Shown here: piece by piece, positions 27,363 through 37,007 of the stretch | How the letters are laid out: every line of letters starts with the position of its first letter | How positions within the stretch are numbered: the first letter of the stretch is position 1 | Assembly (NCBI RefSeq): GCF_046719735.1 | Contig: NZ_JAUTWQ010000003.1 | Span: forward strand, 30,246-94,245 | Reading direction: 5' to 3' | DNA length: 64,000 bases | DNA from: Halobacillus rhizosphaerae | GTDB taxonomy: Bacteria > Bacillota > Bacilli > Bacillales > Halobacillaceae | The notes under the pieces: model-generated | What the model saw: only the letters and a program-made list of their open reading frames with translations | Told to the model about the DNA's origin: nothing | Databases searched by the model: none | Position numbers and translations under genes: made by a program

Positions 27363-28319
27363 CTATATATCGTAATCATCGTCATTCATTTCTTCTACCA
27401 CAGACATTAAATATCCATTACCTACAGATGAAAAGAAATCATGGTTAGTCGTAGATGTAGATAGCCCATTCATGACAATCGGATTTACGTCTTCTGATGT
27501 ATCTGGAAATAATGGAGATAACCCTAAATTCATTAGTGCCTTATTAGCGTTATATCTAAGAAATAACTTTACATCTTCTGTCCAACCAACTTCATCATAT
27601 AGATATTCAGTGTATTTACACTCATTTTCATAAAGCTGATAAAGTAACTGGTAAGTCCAAATCTTTATTTCTTCCTGTTCATACTCATTCAATTTAGAAA
27701 ATCCAACTTTGAATTTATATCCAATATAACTTCCATGTGCGCTCTCATCACGTATAATGAGTTTTATAACTTCTGCAACATTAATAAGTTTTGACTTACC
27801 TAAGTAATTTAATGGTGTGTAGAATCCAGAATAAAATAAGAATGATTCTAAAAATACACTTGCTACTTTTTTCTGCAACGGTGTTCCATTTTCATATATT
27901 CCTACAATAATTTTCACCTTTTGTTGAAGTGCTTCATGTGTTTCAGCCCAATCGAATATCTCTCGAATTTCTTTATTGGTATTCAATGTGCTAAAAATTG
28001 AAGAGTAACTACGTGCATGTTCAGATTCCATAAATGCTATGTTATTGTAGACTGCTACTTCGTGCTTTGTAATTGCATCTGGTTTAAGGGCATCCACACC
28101 AACCTCTGATTGAAGAGTGTCTAGCATAGTCAGTCCAACAAATACTCTTTCTACCAATTTCTTTTCTTTGTCTGGAAGATTTGTCCAATCTGATTTATCT
28201 TTAGATACTGGCATTCTAGTGGATAGCCAAAACTGTTCTGTAAGTTTTTCATAAGTCAGTTTGTCAATTTTATCTTCAATAGCATTCCAGTTTATTGCTT
28301 TATAATTATGTATGTTCAT
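27363..28319 (-). CDS. nrdF: ribonucleotide reductase class Ib small subunit
   Basis: Di-iron ligand motifs ESEHARSY and DESAHG. 318 aa. Confidence 0.85.
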   Translation of the reverse strand: MNIHNYKAINWNAIEDKIDKLTYEKLTEQFWLSTRMPVSKDKSDWTNLPDKEKKLVERVFVGLTMLDTLQSEVGVDALKPDAITKHEVAVYNNIAFMESEHARSYSSIFSTLNTNKEIREIFDWAETHEALQQKVKIIVGIYENGTPLQKKVASVFLESFLFYSGFYTPLNYLGKSKLINVAEVIKLIIRDESAHGSYIGYKFKVGFSKLNEYEQEEIKIWTYQLLYQLYENECKYTEYLYDEVGWTEDVKLFLRYNANKALMNLGLSPLFPDTSEDVNPIVMNGLSTSTTNHDFFSSVGNGYLMSVVEEMNDDDYDI

Positions 28320-28334
28320 CTATTGCTACCTCTC

Positions 28335-30557
28335 TTAAATACTGCAACTTTCGCATTCATTTGCACCAATGGTATCTCCGTCATCAGTGTGAGTTCTGAT
28401 ATAGTACACACTTTTGATTCCTTTTTTCCAAGCATAATTTCTAAGAATTGTTAAATCTCTAGTGGTTTTTTTTGTTGGATATTTACTATTTACTTTCCAC
28501 TCATACATACCTTCTGGAAGTTCTGACCTCATAAACATTGTCATACTTAGACCTTGATCTACATGAATCTGTGCTACAGCATAAGTATCAATTATTTTTC
28601 TTTGGTCAATATCATAAGCAGAAACATAGTATGGCAAAGTTTCTTCTGAAAGATAAGGTGCAGGATAATAAACTTTTCCACGCTTACCTTCTGTTCTTTC
28701 TTCAATACGGTGAGTTATTGGATGTAGAGAAGCAGTTGCCTCATTTACATAAGAAATTGAACCAGTTGGTGCAGTTGCTAATCTATGTGAGTTATATAAC
28801 CCATAAGTTTTAACATCATTTTCTAAGTAGTACCAATCTTGTAAAGAAGGAATATAGATATCTTTAAATAAATTTTTAACCTTATCATTGCTAAAAATAA
28901 ATTCACCTGTTTCATGAGATAAATGGTTATGATATCCTTCAACTTTACTTAGATAATTAGAAAAATATGAACCATCTGCATAACCAGACTTCTCAAAGTC
29001 TTTAAATGTTGTGTTTCTCTCTCTAGATATATTGTTACTTTCCACCAGAGTCCAATAGTTGAGTAGCATATAATACACACTGATTGTCTCCAATGCTTCT
29101 GGTGAACCATATTCGATCTTACTTTTAGCAAGAAAACCATGTGCATTCATTACACCCAAACCTACAGCGTGGTTTTCATCATTACCATTCTTGACTGTTG
29201 GAACTACATCAATTGATGAATTATCTGTCACATATGTCAAAGCTCTTAACATTGTTCTTACCGATTTTCCAAAGTCTTTTGACTCCATCAGATTGACCAT
29301 GTTTGTTGAGGCTAGATTACAACTTACATCTGTTCCCAATACTTCATAAGATTGATCATTATTGATGATTGAATTTTTATGTGGTTGAAAAATCTCAGTG
29401 CAAAGATTACTCATTACTATCACACCATCAATAGGATTATTCTTATTAACAGTGTCAATGTTTATGATGTATGGGTATCCACTTTCATTTTGTAGGTTAC
29501 TGATTTCTGTCTCTAGTTCACGTGCTTTAATTTTTGTCTTACGAATATTGGGGTTGTTTACCATGTTGTCATATTCTTTTGTAATATCTACATATGAAAA
29601 AGGAACACCATAAAACTTCTCAACATCATGAGGACTAAACAAGTACATATTCGCATTGTTTTTTGCTAATTCGTAAAATTTGTCTGGAACAGTCAACCCA
29701 AGTGATAGTGTTTTTATTCTAACTTTTTCATCTGCATTTTCCTTTCGGACAGATAAAAAATCTACAATATCTGGATGAAATACATTCAAATATACAACTC
29801 CTGCCCCATCCCTTGCTCCACCTTGGTTAGCATAAGAAAAAGCATCTTCAAATAATTTCATTACAGGAATTACACCATCAGCTAATCCATATACTCCTTT
29901 AATTGGATCGTTATTGGCACGAATATTTGATAAGTTGATTCCTACCCCTCCACCCAATTTTGATAATTGTAGGGCAGAGTTTATAGTTCTTCCAATTGAG
30001 TTCATATCATCTGAGATAGTTAATAAGAAGCAAGAAACCATCTCTCCTGCACGTTTCTTTCCAATATTGAGAAATGTTGGAGTTGCAGGTTGATAACGTT
30101 GATTGATAAGTTCGTCTGCTAAATCCATTGCAAATGTAGTGTCTCCACCTGCTAATGCCAATGCATTAAATGCTACTCGATCTTCATAACGTTCAAGTAT
30201 CCATTCTTTATCATCTGTTTTCATTGCATATTGAGAATAAAACTTATAAGCTCCCATAAAAGAACGAAATCTAAATTTAAAACTATAAATAAATTTAAAT
30301 AACTGTTTTACAAATTCTCTATCATATTTATCTAAAAAATCTTTTTTTATGTAATTATTTTCAATTAAATAATCTAATTTTTCCTCAAGTGTATGGAAAA
30401 ACATAGTTTTTGGGTTTACAAATTCTAAAAAGTAAGATTTAACTGCCTCTTTATCTTTATGTAATTGTATTTTCCCATCTTTAGGAATATTAAGCAGATT
30501 GTTTAATTTAAAATATGTTTCTTCTTGTCTTTTCCCACTTAGTTTTGGTGATTCCAT
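28335..30557 (-). CDS. nrdE: ribonucleotide reductase class Ib large subunit
   Basis: 740 aa with an NrdE-like N-terminus, SNLCTEI active-site Cys and C-terminal CESCSI pair. No intron or intein is evident. Confidence 0.85.
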   Translation of the reverse strand: MESPKLSGKRQEETYFKLNNLLNIPKDGKIQLHKDKEAVKSYFLEFVNPKTMFFHTLEEKLDYLIENNYIKKDFLDKYDREFVKQLFKFIYSFKFRFRSFMGAYKFYSQYAMKTDDKEWILERYEDRVAFNALALAGGDTTFAMDLADELINQRYQPATPTFLNIGKKRAGEMVSCFLLTISDDMNSIGRTINSALQLSKLGGGVGINLSNIRANNDPIKGVYGLADGVIPVMKLFEDAFSYANQGGARDGAGVVYLNVFHPDIVDFLSVRKENADEKVRIKTLSLGLTVPDKFYELAKNNANMYLFSPHDVEKFYGVPFSYVDITKEYDNMVNNPNIRKTKIKARELETEISNLQNESGYPYIINIDTVNKNNPIDGVIVMSNLCTEIFQPHKNSIINNDQSYEVLGTDVSCNLASTNMVNLMESKDFGKSVRTMLRALTYVTDNSSIDVVPTVKNGNDENHAVGLGVMNAHGFLAKSKIEYGSPEALETISVYYMLLNYWTLVESNNISRERNTTFKDFEKSGYADGSYFSNYLSKVEGYHNHLSHETGEFIFSNDKVKNLFKDIYIPSLQDWYYLENDVKTYGLYNSHRLATAPTGSISYVNEATASLHPITHRIEERTEGKRGKVYYPAPYLSEETLPYYVSAYDIDQRKIIDTYAVAQIHVDQGLSMTMFMRSELPEGMYEWKVNSKYPTKKTTRDLTILRNYAWKKGIKSVYYIRTHTDDGDTIGANECESCSI

Positions 30558-30913
30558 TCTTCAACTTCCTTTTTAAATTTCACAACATCGTCATTTGTTC
30601 CACTAAATTCAAACGTGAAAAGTAGAGGTTTGTCATATTTATTAGATAAATCTTTTGCATTAAAACAATAATCTTTATCAAAGTTTAAACTTCCACTTCC
30701 AACAAAACCGATAAGGTGCTTGATATTGTCTTTATATTCTATCAACTCACTGATGATATCAGTGATTTCACTATCATATGTAGGTACTATGATGATAAAA
30801 TCCTCATTAATTTCTATTAAAGGATTCGAGAAATCTACTTCCAAATTTCTCATTTCAACTGATTTGACAAAATTCCTTACATTCCCGGTAAGAGAAATAA
30901 AGGTGATTAACAT
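30539..30913 (-). CDS. nrdI: NrdI flavodoxin-like protein
   Basis: 124 aa in position between nrdH and nrdE. N-terminus is MLITFISLTGNVRNFV. Confidence 0.7.
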   Translation of the reverse strand: MLITFISLTGNVRNFVKSVEMRNLEVDFSNPLIEINEDFIIIVPTYDSEITDIISELIEYKDNIKHLIGFVGSGSLNFDKDYCFNAKDLSNKYDKPLLFTFEFSGTNDDVVKFKKEVEEWNHQN

Positions 30914-31146
30914 TATTCACTTAACTCTGCCAATTTATCTGGTTGAAAACCTGTGAATGGCTTTTCACCTTCAACTACTACTACTGGCATTTGACTCAAT
31001 TTAAGCACTTCTACAACATAGTTAAATGCTTCTTGGTCTTCTTCAACGTTGATAGCTGTAAATTCTACACCTTCACCTTTTAAAACATTTTTAGTCATTT
31101 CGCATTGTACACAACCATTTTTTGTGTAAACTGTAACCTTTTTCAT
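30913..31146 (-). CDS. nrdH: NrdH-redoxin (glutaredoxin-like)
   Basis: 77 aa with a CVQC redox motif. First gene of the nrd cluster. Confidence 0.7.
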   Translation of the reverse strand: MKKVTVYTKNGCVQCEMTKNVLKGEGVEFTAINVEEDQEAFNYVVEVLKLSQMPVVVVEGEKPFTGFQPDKLAELSE

Positions 31147-31234
31147 CTGTAAACTCTCCTAATTTAAGTTATTATTCATGTCATAAAATATAGAAGACAC
31201 TATATGTTGTGTCTTCTATCATGACATACTACTA

Positions 31235-31263
31235 ATTATAGCATTATATGTTGCACTTGTCAA
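31235..31263 (-). promoter_or_regulatory. SPBRE-like promoter TTGACA-N17-TATAAT upstream of nrdH
   Basis: Minus strand reads TTGACAAGTGCAACATATAATGCTATAAT. Confidence 0.65.
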
Positions 31264-31271
31264 AAATCATG

Positions 31272-31574
31272 CTATCTAATAGTTCTTTTATTATCTAATC
31301 TTTCCATGACTTCAAGAATAACATCAAATCCTTCTGGCTCTTCTCTCTTTAACCATTGTCTTAGTTCATTCCATCTTAAAGCATGGTTTTTAAATCTAAT
31401 TTTATCTAATTCTTTCTTCCAATATTTTGCTATCTTAGTTCCGATTTCATAAATATCTGATCTAGAATTATCTGAAAGGTGAATACTTTCATTCACTTGA
31501 ATTTTGTGAATCATTTCATGAAGGTCATAATCTACTCTTGGATCAAGTCTATCCATATCTATGATTTCACCCAT
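31272..31574 (-). CDS. hypothetical protein
   Basis: 100 aa ORF. Confidence 0.3.
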   Translation of the reverse strand: MGEIIDMDRLDPRVDYDLHEMIHKIQVNESIHLSDNSRSDIYEIGTKIAKYWKKELDKIRFKNHALRWNELRQWLKREEPEGFDVILEVMERLDNKRTIR

Positions 31575-31588
31575 TAGGATTCCCCCTA

Positions 31589-32413
31589 TTACTTCTTAGC
31601 TTCAACTAGTGTGTTCGCACCTTGTATTTCCACCCAACCATGTTTCATACGTGCCTCCATCTCCATCTTCTTAAGAAGTTCTGGTGTAATGGACTGTTGT
31701 ACTAAGCGGTTCGCTTCTGCTTCTCCACGTGCCTGTTCAATTTGTGCTTTAGCTGTACCTTCTGCTTCAACCTTTTTCTTTTCTGCTTCTAGTTTTGCTT
31801 TTTGCACTTGAATACGAATTTTTTCAACGTCTTGTTGTGCATCTACAACTGCTTGGATAGCTTTTTGCGTATTCTTGTCTGGATGTGGAGTACCAAATAC
31901 TACATTTTCAACTTCAAAACCATGAGGCTTAACATCTGCTTTAAATTTCTTAAAGATTTCTGTACGAATTTCTTCACGTTTCTGGAATACTTCTAGAATT
32001 GTATATTTAGATGTGACTTCTAAAGCAGATTCATTCATACGTGCTTTCAACCAAGAATCTTCAATTGCTTTAGGTTTTTGACCTTTAAATTTGTTGTATA
32101 TGTATGGAAGTTTGTCAACGTTGTTATAATACTCTACTGTCATATTTACTGAAAGAGGTTTACCATCTTTTGTTGCTAGACTCAGTGAATCATAATTGAT
32201 TGTTTCTGTACTAACTGGATATTCAGTGATTCGCTTCATTGGATTTACAAAGTGTAAGCCTTGACTTAATGTATGATCTTCTACACCATGACTACGACTG
32301 TAAACAACACCTGCATGACCTTGATTGATTGTTGCTGTAAAAGAAAACCAACCTACTATCAACATAACGAATATCACAACACCTGCTACTAAACCTGCTA
32401 CTAATTTACTCAA
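31589..32413 (-). CDS. SPFH/band-7 (prohibitin/stomatin-like) membrane-anchored protein
   Basis: N-terminal TM helix, SPFH core and C-terminal Ala/Glu-rich coiled coil (QKAKLEAEKKKVEAE). TTG start. Confidence 0.6.
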   Translation of the reverse strand: MSKLVAGLVAGVVIFVMLIVGWFSFTATINQGHAGVVYSRSHGVEDHTLSQGLHFVNPMKRITEYPVSTETINYDSLSLATKDGKPLSVNMTVEYYNNVDKLPYIYNKFKGQKPKAIEDSWLKARMNESALEVTSKYTILEVFQKREEIRTEIFKKFKADVKPHGFEVENVVFGTPHPDKNTQKAIQAVVDAQQDVEKIRIQVQKAKLEAEKKKVEAEGTAKAQIEQARGEAEANRLVQQSITPELLKKMEMEARMKHGWVEIQGANTLVEAKK

Positions 32414-32433
32414 ATTTTTATCCCCTTTTTCTC

Positions 32434-32495
32434 ATTATTTGTTACACCTGTTAGGGTGTAAATTAACTATACTATTATTTGTTACACTTGTAAAG
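32434..32495 (-). promoter_or_regulatory. two tandem SPBRE-like elements upstream of SPFH gene (TTTACA-N17-TATAGT and TAACAG-GTGTAACAAATAAT)
   Basis: Seen in sequence. Confidence 0.55.
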
Positions 32496-32504
32496 AGTTA
32501 TTTT

Positions 32505-32582
32505 CTATTTTTTACTAATATTTTTTCCAACAAAGAATGCTACTGATCCGAATACAAACAGTAAGAACAGTACATATGCCAT
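32505..32582 (-). CDS. tiny 25-aa hydrophobic peptide (MAYVLFLLFVFGSVAFFVGKNISKK), candidate type I toxin-like
   Basis: Strong RBS GAGGTGG lies 4 nt before the ATG. It has a single TM helix plus a basic tail. Confidence 0.3.
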   Translation of the reverse strand: MAYVLFLLFVFGSVAFFVGKNISKK

Positions 32583-32606
32583 GTTTCCACCTCATTAGAT
32601 AGAATT

Positions 32607-32634
32607 TTACAAATTCAGAAAATTATGCTAATAT
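32607..32634 (+). promoter_or_regulatory. plus-strand sigmaA-like promoter TTACAA-N16-TAATAT (candidate sRNA promoter)
   Basis: Seen in sequence. No plus-strand CDS lies downstream. Confidence 0.35.
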
Positions 32635-32777
32635 ATTAATTGTAGTTAGGTTGAATAAAAATCATTTTTGTGGTGATCGTCTGTGAGCGAGATAAGTTTC
32701 GTCTGTGAGCGAAGGTGATTCAAAATCCGAATATTTATGAATAACACCTCCATCTCTCAACCTAACTTCCACTCCCG

Positions 32778-32828
32778 ATATGAGAGTTACTTACTGTTTA
32801 GAGTAGGTAGCTCTCATATTTTTATTTC
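32778..32828 (+). terminator. plus-strand intrinsic terminator (ATATGAGAG...CTCTCATAT + TTTTATTTC)
   Basis: T-run lies only on the plus strand. It overlaps the stop of the minus-strand topoisomerase gene. Confidence 0.5.
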
Positions 32829-34975
32829 ACCAATTCAGAAAAATCATTATCTTTAAGATATTTCCCTACCCCGGCATTAGCTGTTCGGTAATAGTCCACC
32901 TCTGGATAATCTTCACCAACTGTATGATAAGATTTTACATTACTTTCATTTTTAGACTTCATAACTGTAACACCGATAGTGGTCTTACTTGTTTTAGAGT
33001 TAATCATAGACGTATTGAAGACAAGTGCTTTATCTATAGAAGAAACAGAGAGTATGTCAATATCATCGTTAATTAAATTCCAATAGATACCTTTCTTATC
33101 TGCATAAGCCTTTTTTAGCATAGACCTATTTTGTTTTGTTTCATAAGCAGTAAGATCAATCTTTGCTACCTTTCCATCATCAAATCCTATTATTAGCTGT
33201 CCTTTATAATCATTGGTGACAGTCACATAAAGAATCTCTTCATCTTTTAAGCTTAATAGTGAAGGTAAAAACTCTCCTAAAACAGAAGGTTTGTGATCCT
33301 CTAGTTCATATGCTTTATATTTATAAACATTCTGTTTATCAGTAAATACAAGTATATCAGAATTATTTGTTGTATCTATTTCATTAATGATTTCATCTCC
33401 ATCTTTAATTTTGATATTAAAGTTACCTCTGAGAGATGTTAATGGGATTTTCTTTATGTATCCTTCTTTTGTAATAAAGAATCGGACATTATAATCTTCA
33501 ACCGTTAAACTTTCATCCTCAATCACAGGAACGTCATTTACATTGATAAGACCTGTCTTGCGATCTTCTCCATATTTTTTTTTAACTTCTTTTAATTCAT
33601 CTATAATATGATTAGCTAAAGTTCTTCTATCAGAAAGTAATCTCTCCAATTTTTCGATTTCACTAGCTAATGTGTCAATTTCATTAATACGATTAAGCAG
33701 ATATTCTTCATTTAGATTTCTCAATTTGATATCAGCGATAAATTCAGCTTGTTTTTGATCAATACTAAGCTCAGTTACAAGATTGTTTACAACTTCACTA
33801 TTGACTTTAGTTTCTCTAATTAAACTAATTGTTTTGTCAATATCTAGAATAACTATTTTCAATGCATTCAGAAAATGCATTCTTTCGTATGCCTTAACTA
33901 ATTCAAACTTTACCCCACGCTTAATGGCATTTGCTCTAAATCCTAGCCACTCATGTATAATCTCTTTAATGCCTAAAACTTTTGGTCTTCCATTTACAAC
34001 AATATTGAAGTTGCAAGAAAAAGTTGATTCTAATGGTGTAAGTTTAAATAATTTTTCTACTAACTGTTCTTTGTTGGTATTATTCTTAACTGTTATTTCA
34101 ATTCCTTTTGAGTCAATACCAACAATATTGTCTATGTCAATAATCTCTTTCAATTTTCCTTCTTTAACTAAATCTGAAACCTTATCAATAATAGCTTCAA
34201 ATGTAGTGCTATAAGGGATTTCTTCAAAGACAATAGAATTATCCAAAATTTGATATGTAGAACGGATAGTGATTGATCCACGACCAGTATTGAATATCTT
34301 CTTTAATTCATTTTCTTTGTGAATAATGTTCCCACCAGAAGGAAAATCTGGTGCAATAATAAAATCAGAAACATTTGTGCCTTTTGGATTTCCAATATAA
34401 GCAATCGTAAAATCAATCACTTCATTTAAATTGAAAGATGCTATGTTGCTTGCCATCCCATTAGCAATACCACTTTGAGGATTGGTTAAGATTGCAGGGA
34501 ATGTTACAGGCAACAATCTTGGTTCTTTTTCTGTTCCATCATAATTATCCACCATTTCAACGGTGTCATTGTTAATGTCTTTGAAAAGTTCATTTGAAAC
34601 AGATGACAGTCTTACCTCAGTGTATCTTGCACTTGCAAACTGCATGTCTCTAGAGTATTGCTTGCCAAAGTTTCCTTCTGAATCAATGTAAGGTAAAAGA
34701 AATGATTCTGCATCTTTAGACATTCTAACAAGTGCTTCATAAATTGCCATATCACCATGAGGGTGAAGGAACATTGTTCTTCCTACAACCCCTTGTGATT
34801 TCTTTCTACTACCTTTAAGTAAACCCATTTTCATCATGGTATATAAAATACGTCTTTGTGATGGTTTAAACCCATCAATTTCTGGCAAAGCTCTCTCTCT
34901 AATAACATAAGCAGTATAGGGCATGTAATTATTAGTTAAAGTATCTATAATGTTTTGCTCAATAATGTTTGACAA
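32822..34975 (-). CDS. type IIA DNA topoisomerase subunit A (GyrA/ParC-like)
   Basis: Active-site tyrosine context FASARYTE and N-terminus PYTAYVIRERALPEIDGFKPSQRRILY. Confidence 0.85.
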   Translation of the reverse strand: MSNIIEQNIIDTLTNNYMPYTAYVIRERALPEIDGFKPSQRRILYTMMKMGLLKGSRKKSQGVVGRTMFLHPHGDMAIYEALVRMSKDAESFLLPYIDSEGNFGKQYSRDMQFASARYTEVRLSSVSNELFKDINNDTVEMVDNYDGTEKEPRLLPVTFPAILTNPQSGIANGMASNIASFNLNEVIDFTIAYIGNPKGTNVSDFIIAPDFPSGGNIIHKENELKKIFNTGRGSITIRSTYQILDNSIVFEEIPYSTTFEAIIDKVSDLVKEGKLKEIIDIDNIVGIDSKGIEITVKNNTNKEQLVEKLFKLTPLESTFSCNFNIVVNGRPKVLGIKEIIHEWLGFRANAIKRGVKFELVKAYERMHFLNALKIVILDIDKTISLIRETKVNSEVVNNLVTELSIDQKQAEFIADIKLRNLNEEYLLNRINEIDTLASEIEKLERLLSDRRTLANHIIDELKEVKKKYGEDRKTGLINVNDVPVIEDESLTVEDYNVRFFITKEGYIKKIPLTSLRGNFNIKIKDGDEIINEIDTTNNSDILVFTDKQNVYKYKAYELEDHKPSVLGEFLPSLLSLKDEEILYVTVTNDYKGQLIIGFDDGKVAKIDLTAYETKQNRSMLKKAYADKKGIYWNLINDDIDILSVSSIDKALVFNTSMINSKTSKTTIGVTVMKSKNESNVKSYHTVGEDYPEVDYYRTANAGVGKYLKDNDFSELVK

Positions 34976-34988
34976 TTAATGTTTCCTC

Positions 34989-36953
34989 CTAGCTGACAAC
35001 ATCTTCAATCCAATGATGAAGGTTTTCTTCAATATACTCTTTTCTTCCTGCTAAATTATCACCTAGAAATAATTCAAATGCATCCAATGTTTTATCTACA
35101 TCAGTTGGCATAACCTTGACTAATTTCCTAGTTTCTGGATTCATCGTTGTATCCCACATCATCTTGGCAGAGTTTTCACCTAGACCTTTTGAACGCTTTA
35201 TTTCATTGATTGTGTTACCTAATTTGGATACCAACTGATCTTTTTCCCTATCATTATATGCAAGAAATACTTCTTTCTTCTTGGTCGTAATAGTGAATAA
35301 AGGAGATTCTGCAATATAAATATAACCTTCTTCAATTAGAGTGGGCATTAATCTATAAATAGCAGTTAAGATTAATGTTCTGATATGAAATCCATCCACA
35401 TCTGCATCTGTAATGATAATGATTTTCGACCATCGTAATTTATTCAAATCAAATGTATTTAGGTCTTTTGAGTGTTTTGATTTAACTTCAATACCACAAC
35501 CTAAAAGTTTGATCATATCTATAATAATTTCGTTTTTGAAAATTTTGTCGTAGTCTGCTTTTAAACAGTTAAGGATTTTCCCACGTAATGCGTAAATTGC
35601 TTGGAAATTTGCATCTCTACCTTGTTGAGTAGAGCCAAGTGCAGACTTCCCTTCTACAAATATTAATTCTGGCTTAATATTATTTTTAGATTTTTTACAA
35701 CCAACAAAACCATCTATTCTTGAAGTTAGGTTGTTTACTGTTCCACCAAGTTTTTTCTTAACATCTAAGCGTGTTTTTTCAGCTTTTTCACGACTTCTTT
35801 TATTAACCAAAGCCTGTTTAAGAATTAAATCAGCATCATTAGGATTCTCGACAAAGTACACCTCAAGTTGTTCTCTCAACCACTTGGTAATAGATTGCTT
35901 CATAAAATCAGAACCAATTTTCTTTTTAGTCTGGTCTGTAAACAAAGAAATGGTCGAATATGTACTAGTCACTACAATTAAACTATCTGAAATATCATCA
36001 AAAGAAATTTTCTTTTCGTTTTTGTTGTACAGGCTATTTTCTTTTAAAAACTTATCTATAACGTAGACGAAGGAGTTTTTAATGAAGTCTTCTGGTGTAC
36101 CTCCATTTTCTAACCAAGAAGAGTTATGGTAGTATCTTTTATAGGATGTTTCACGATTAAAACTAAAGAAAATGTTTGCCTTGATTCTATAATCTTTATC
36201 AGATTCATTATCTTTACCTTTTTGTTCAGTAGAAAAAGATACAACATCAGTTAGAACATGTTCTTCATTTGACATTGTTTTAATGAAGTCAGATACTCCA
36301 TTTTCATAGAAATATTCAGTCCTTAAACCAGTATTCATGTCAAAGAACACAAACTTAAGTCCACCATTTACGATAGCTTGATCTTCTAGCGTAGTAATAA
36401 TGAAGTCATTATCAATTTCACCCTTACCACGAAAAACTTCTTCACTTGGTTTCCAAGTAATTTCAGTTCCAATCTTTTCCCCAGTGTTATCTTCATCAGA
36501 GAATACTTCTTCAACACCTTTATTATATCTTACAGTATAAATTGTATCTTCTTTAAATGAGGTCGCTGTAAAAAAGTCAGAAGTGTAATTAGAACCAGTT
36601 GCACCAACTCCATTAGTCCCAAGACTATATTTATAGTCACTACCATCTTCCTCATTATTTTTGTATTTACCACCTGCCCAAAGCAGATCAAACACTTTCT
36701 TATAAGCATACTCACCATTAGAATTTTTACCCATAGGTACTCCACGACCAAAATCACGAACAGTAACAGAGCCATCGGTATTCTTGCTAATAAATATTTC
36801 ACTTCCATAACCTGCATGAAATTCATCAATTGAGTTGCCTAGAATTTCTAAAAATGTGTGGTTGTGACTCTCTAATCCAATAGATGCAGGTTTGGCTCTT
36901 ACACCACCTAAAATACCAAGTGATTGTATAGAATCATTGCCATAATTACTCAC
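34989..36953 (-). CDS. type IIA DNA topoisomerase subunit B (GyrB/ParE-like ATPase + TOPRIM)
   Basis: GHKL ATPase N-terminus, TOPRIM FVEGKSA and ALRGKILN. GTG start. Confidence 0.85.
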   Translation of the reverse strand: MSNYGNDSIQSLGILGGVRAKPASIGLESHNHTFLEILGNSIDEFHAGYGSEIFISKNTDGSVTVRDFGRGVPMGKNSNGEYAYKKVFDLLWAGGKYKNNEEDGSDYKYSLGTNGVGATGSNYTSDFFTATSFKEDTIYTVRYNKGVEEVFSDEDNTGEKIGTEITWKPSEEVFRGKGEIDNDFIITTLEDQAIVNGGLKFVFFDMNTGLRTEYFYENGVSDFIKTMSNEEHVLTDVVSFSTEQKGKDNESDKDYRIKANIFFSFNRETSYKRYYHNSSWLENGGTPEDFIKNSFVYVIDKFLKENSLYNKNEKKISFDDISDSLIVVTSTYSTISLFTDQTKKKIGSDFMKQSITKWLREQLEVYFVENPNDADLILKQALVNKRSREKAEKTRLDVKKKLGGTVNNLTSRIDGFVGCKKSKNNIKPELIFVEGKSALGSTQQGRDANFQAIYALRGKILNCLKADYDKIFKNEIIIDMIKLLGCGIEVKSKHSKDLNTFDLNKLRWSKIIIITDADVDGFHIRTLILTAIYRLMPTLIEEGYIYIAESPLFTITTKKKEVFLAYNDREKDQLVSKLGNTINEIKRSKGLGENSAKMMWDTTMNPETRKLVKVMPTDVDKTLDAFELFLGDNLAGRKEYIEENLHHWIEDVVS

Positions 36954-36978
36954 TTATTCACTCCCTTTCTATAAATTA

Positions 36979-37007
36979 TTTTATAATTATTTGTTACATT
37001 TGTCAAG
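36979..37007 (-). promoter_or_regulatory. SPBRE-like promoter TTGACA-N17-TAAAAT upstream of topoisomerase B gene
   Basis: Minus strand reads TTGACAAATGTAACAAATAATTATAAAAT. Confidence 0.6.

Noticed and set aside
32442-32461. Hairpin TTACACCTGTTAGGGTGTAA as a terminator
   Set aside because: No flanking T-run on either strand. It is part of the duplicated promoter element and does not look like a terminator.
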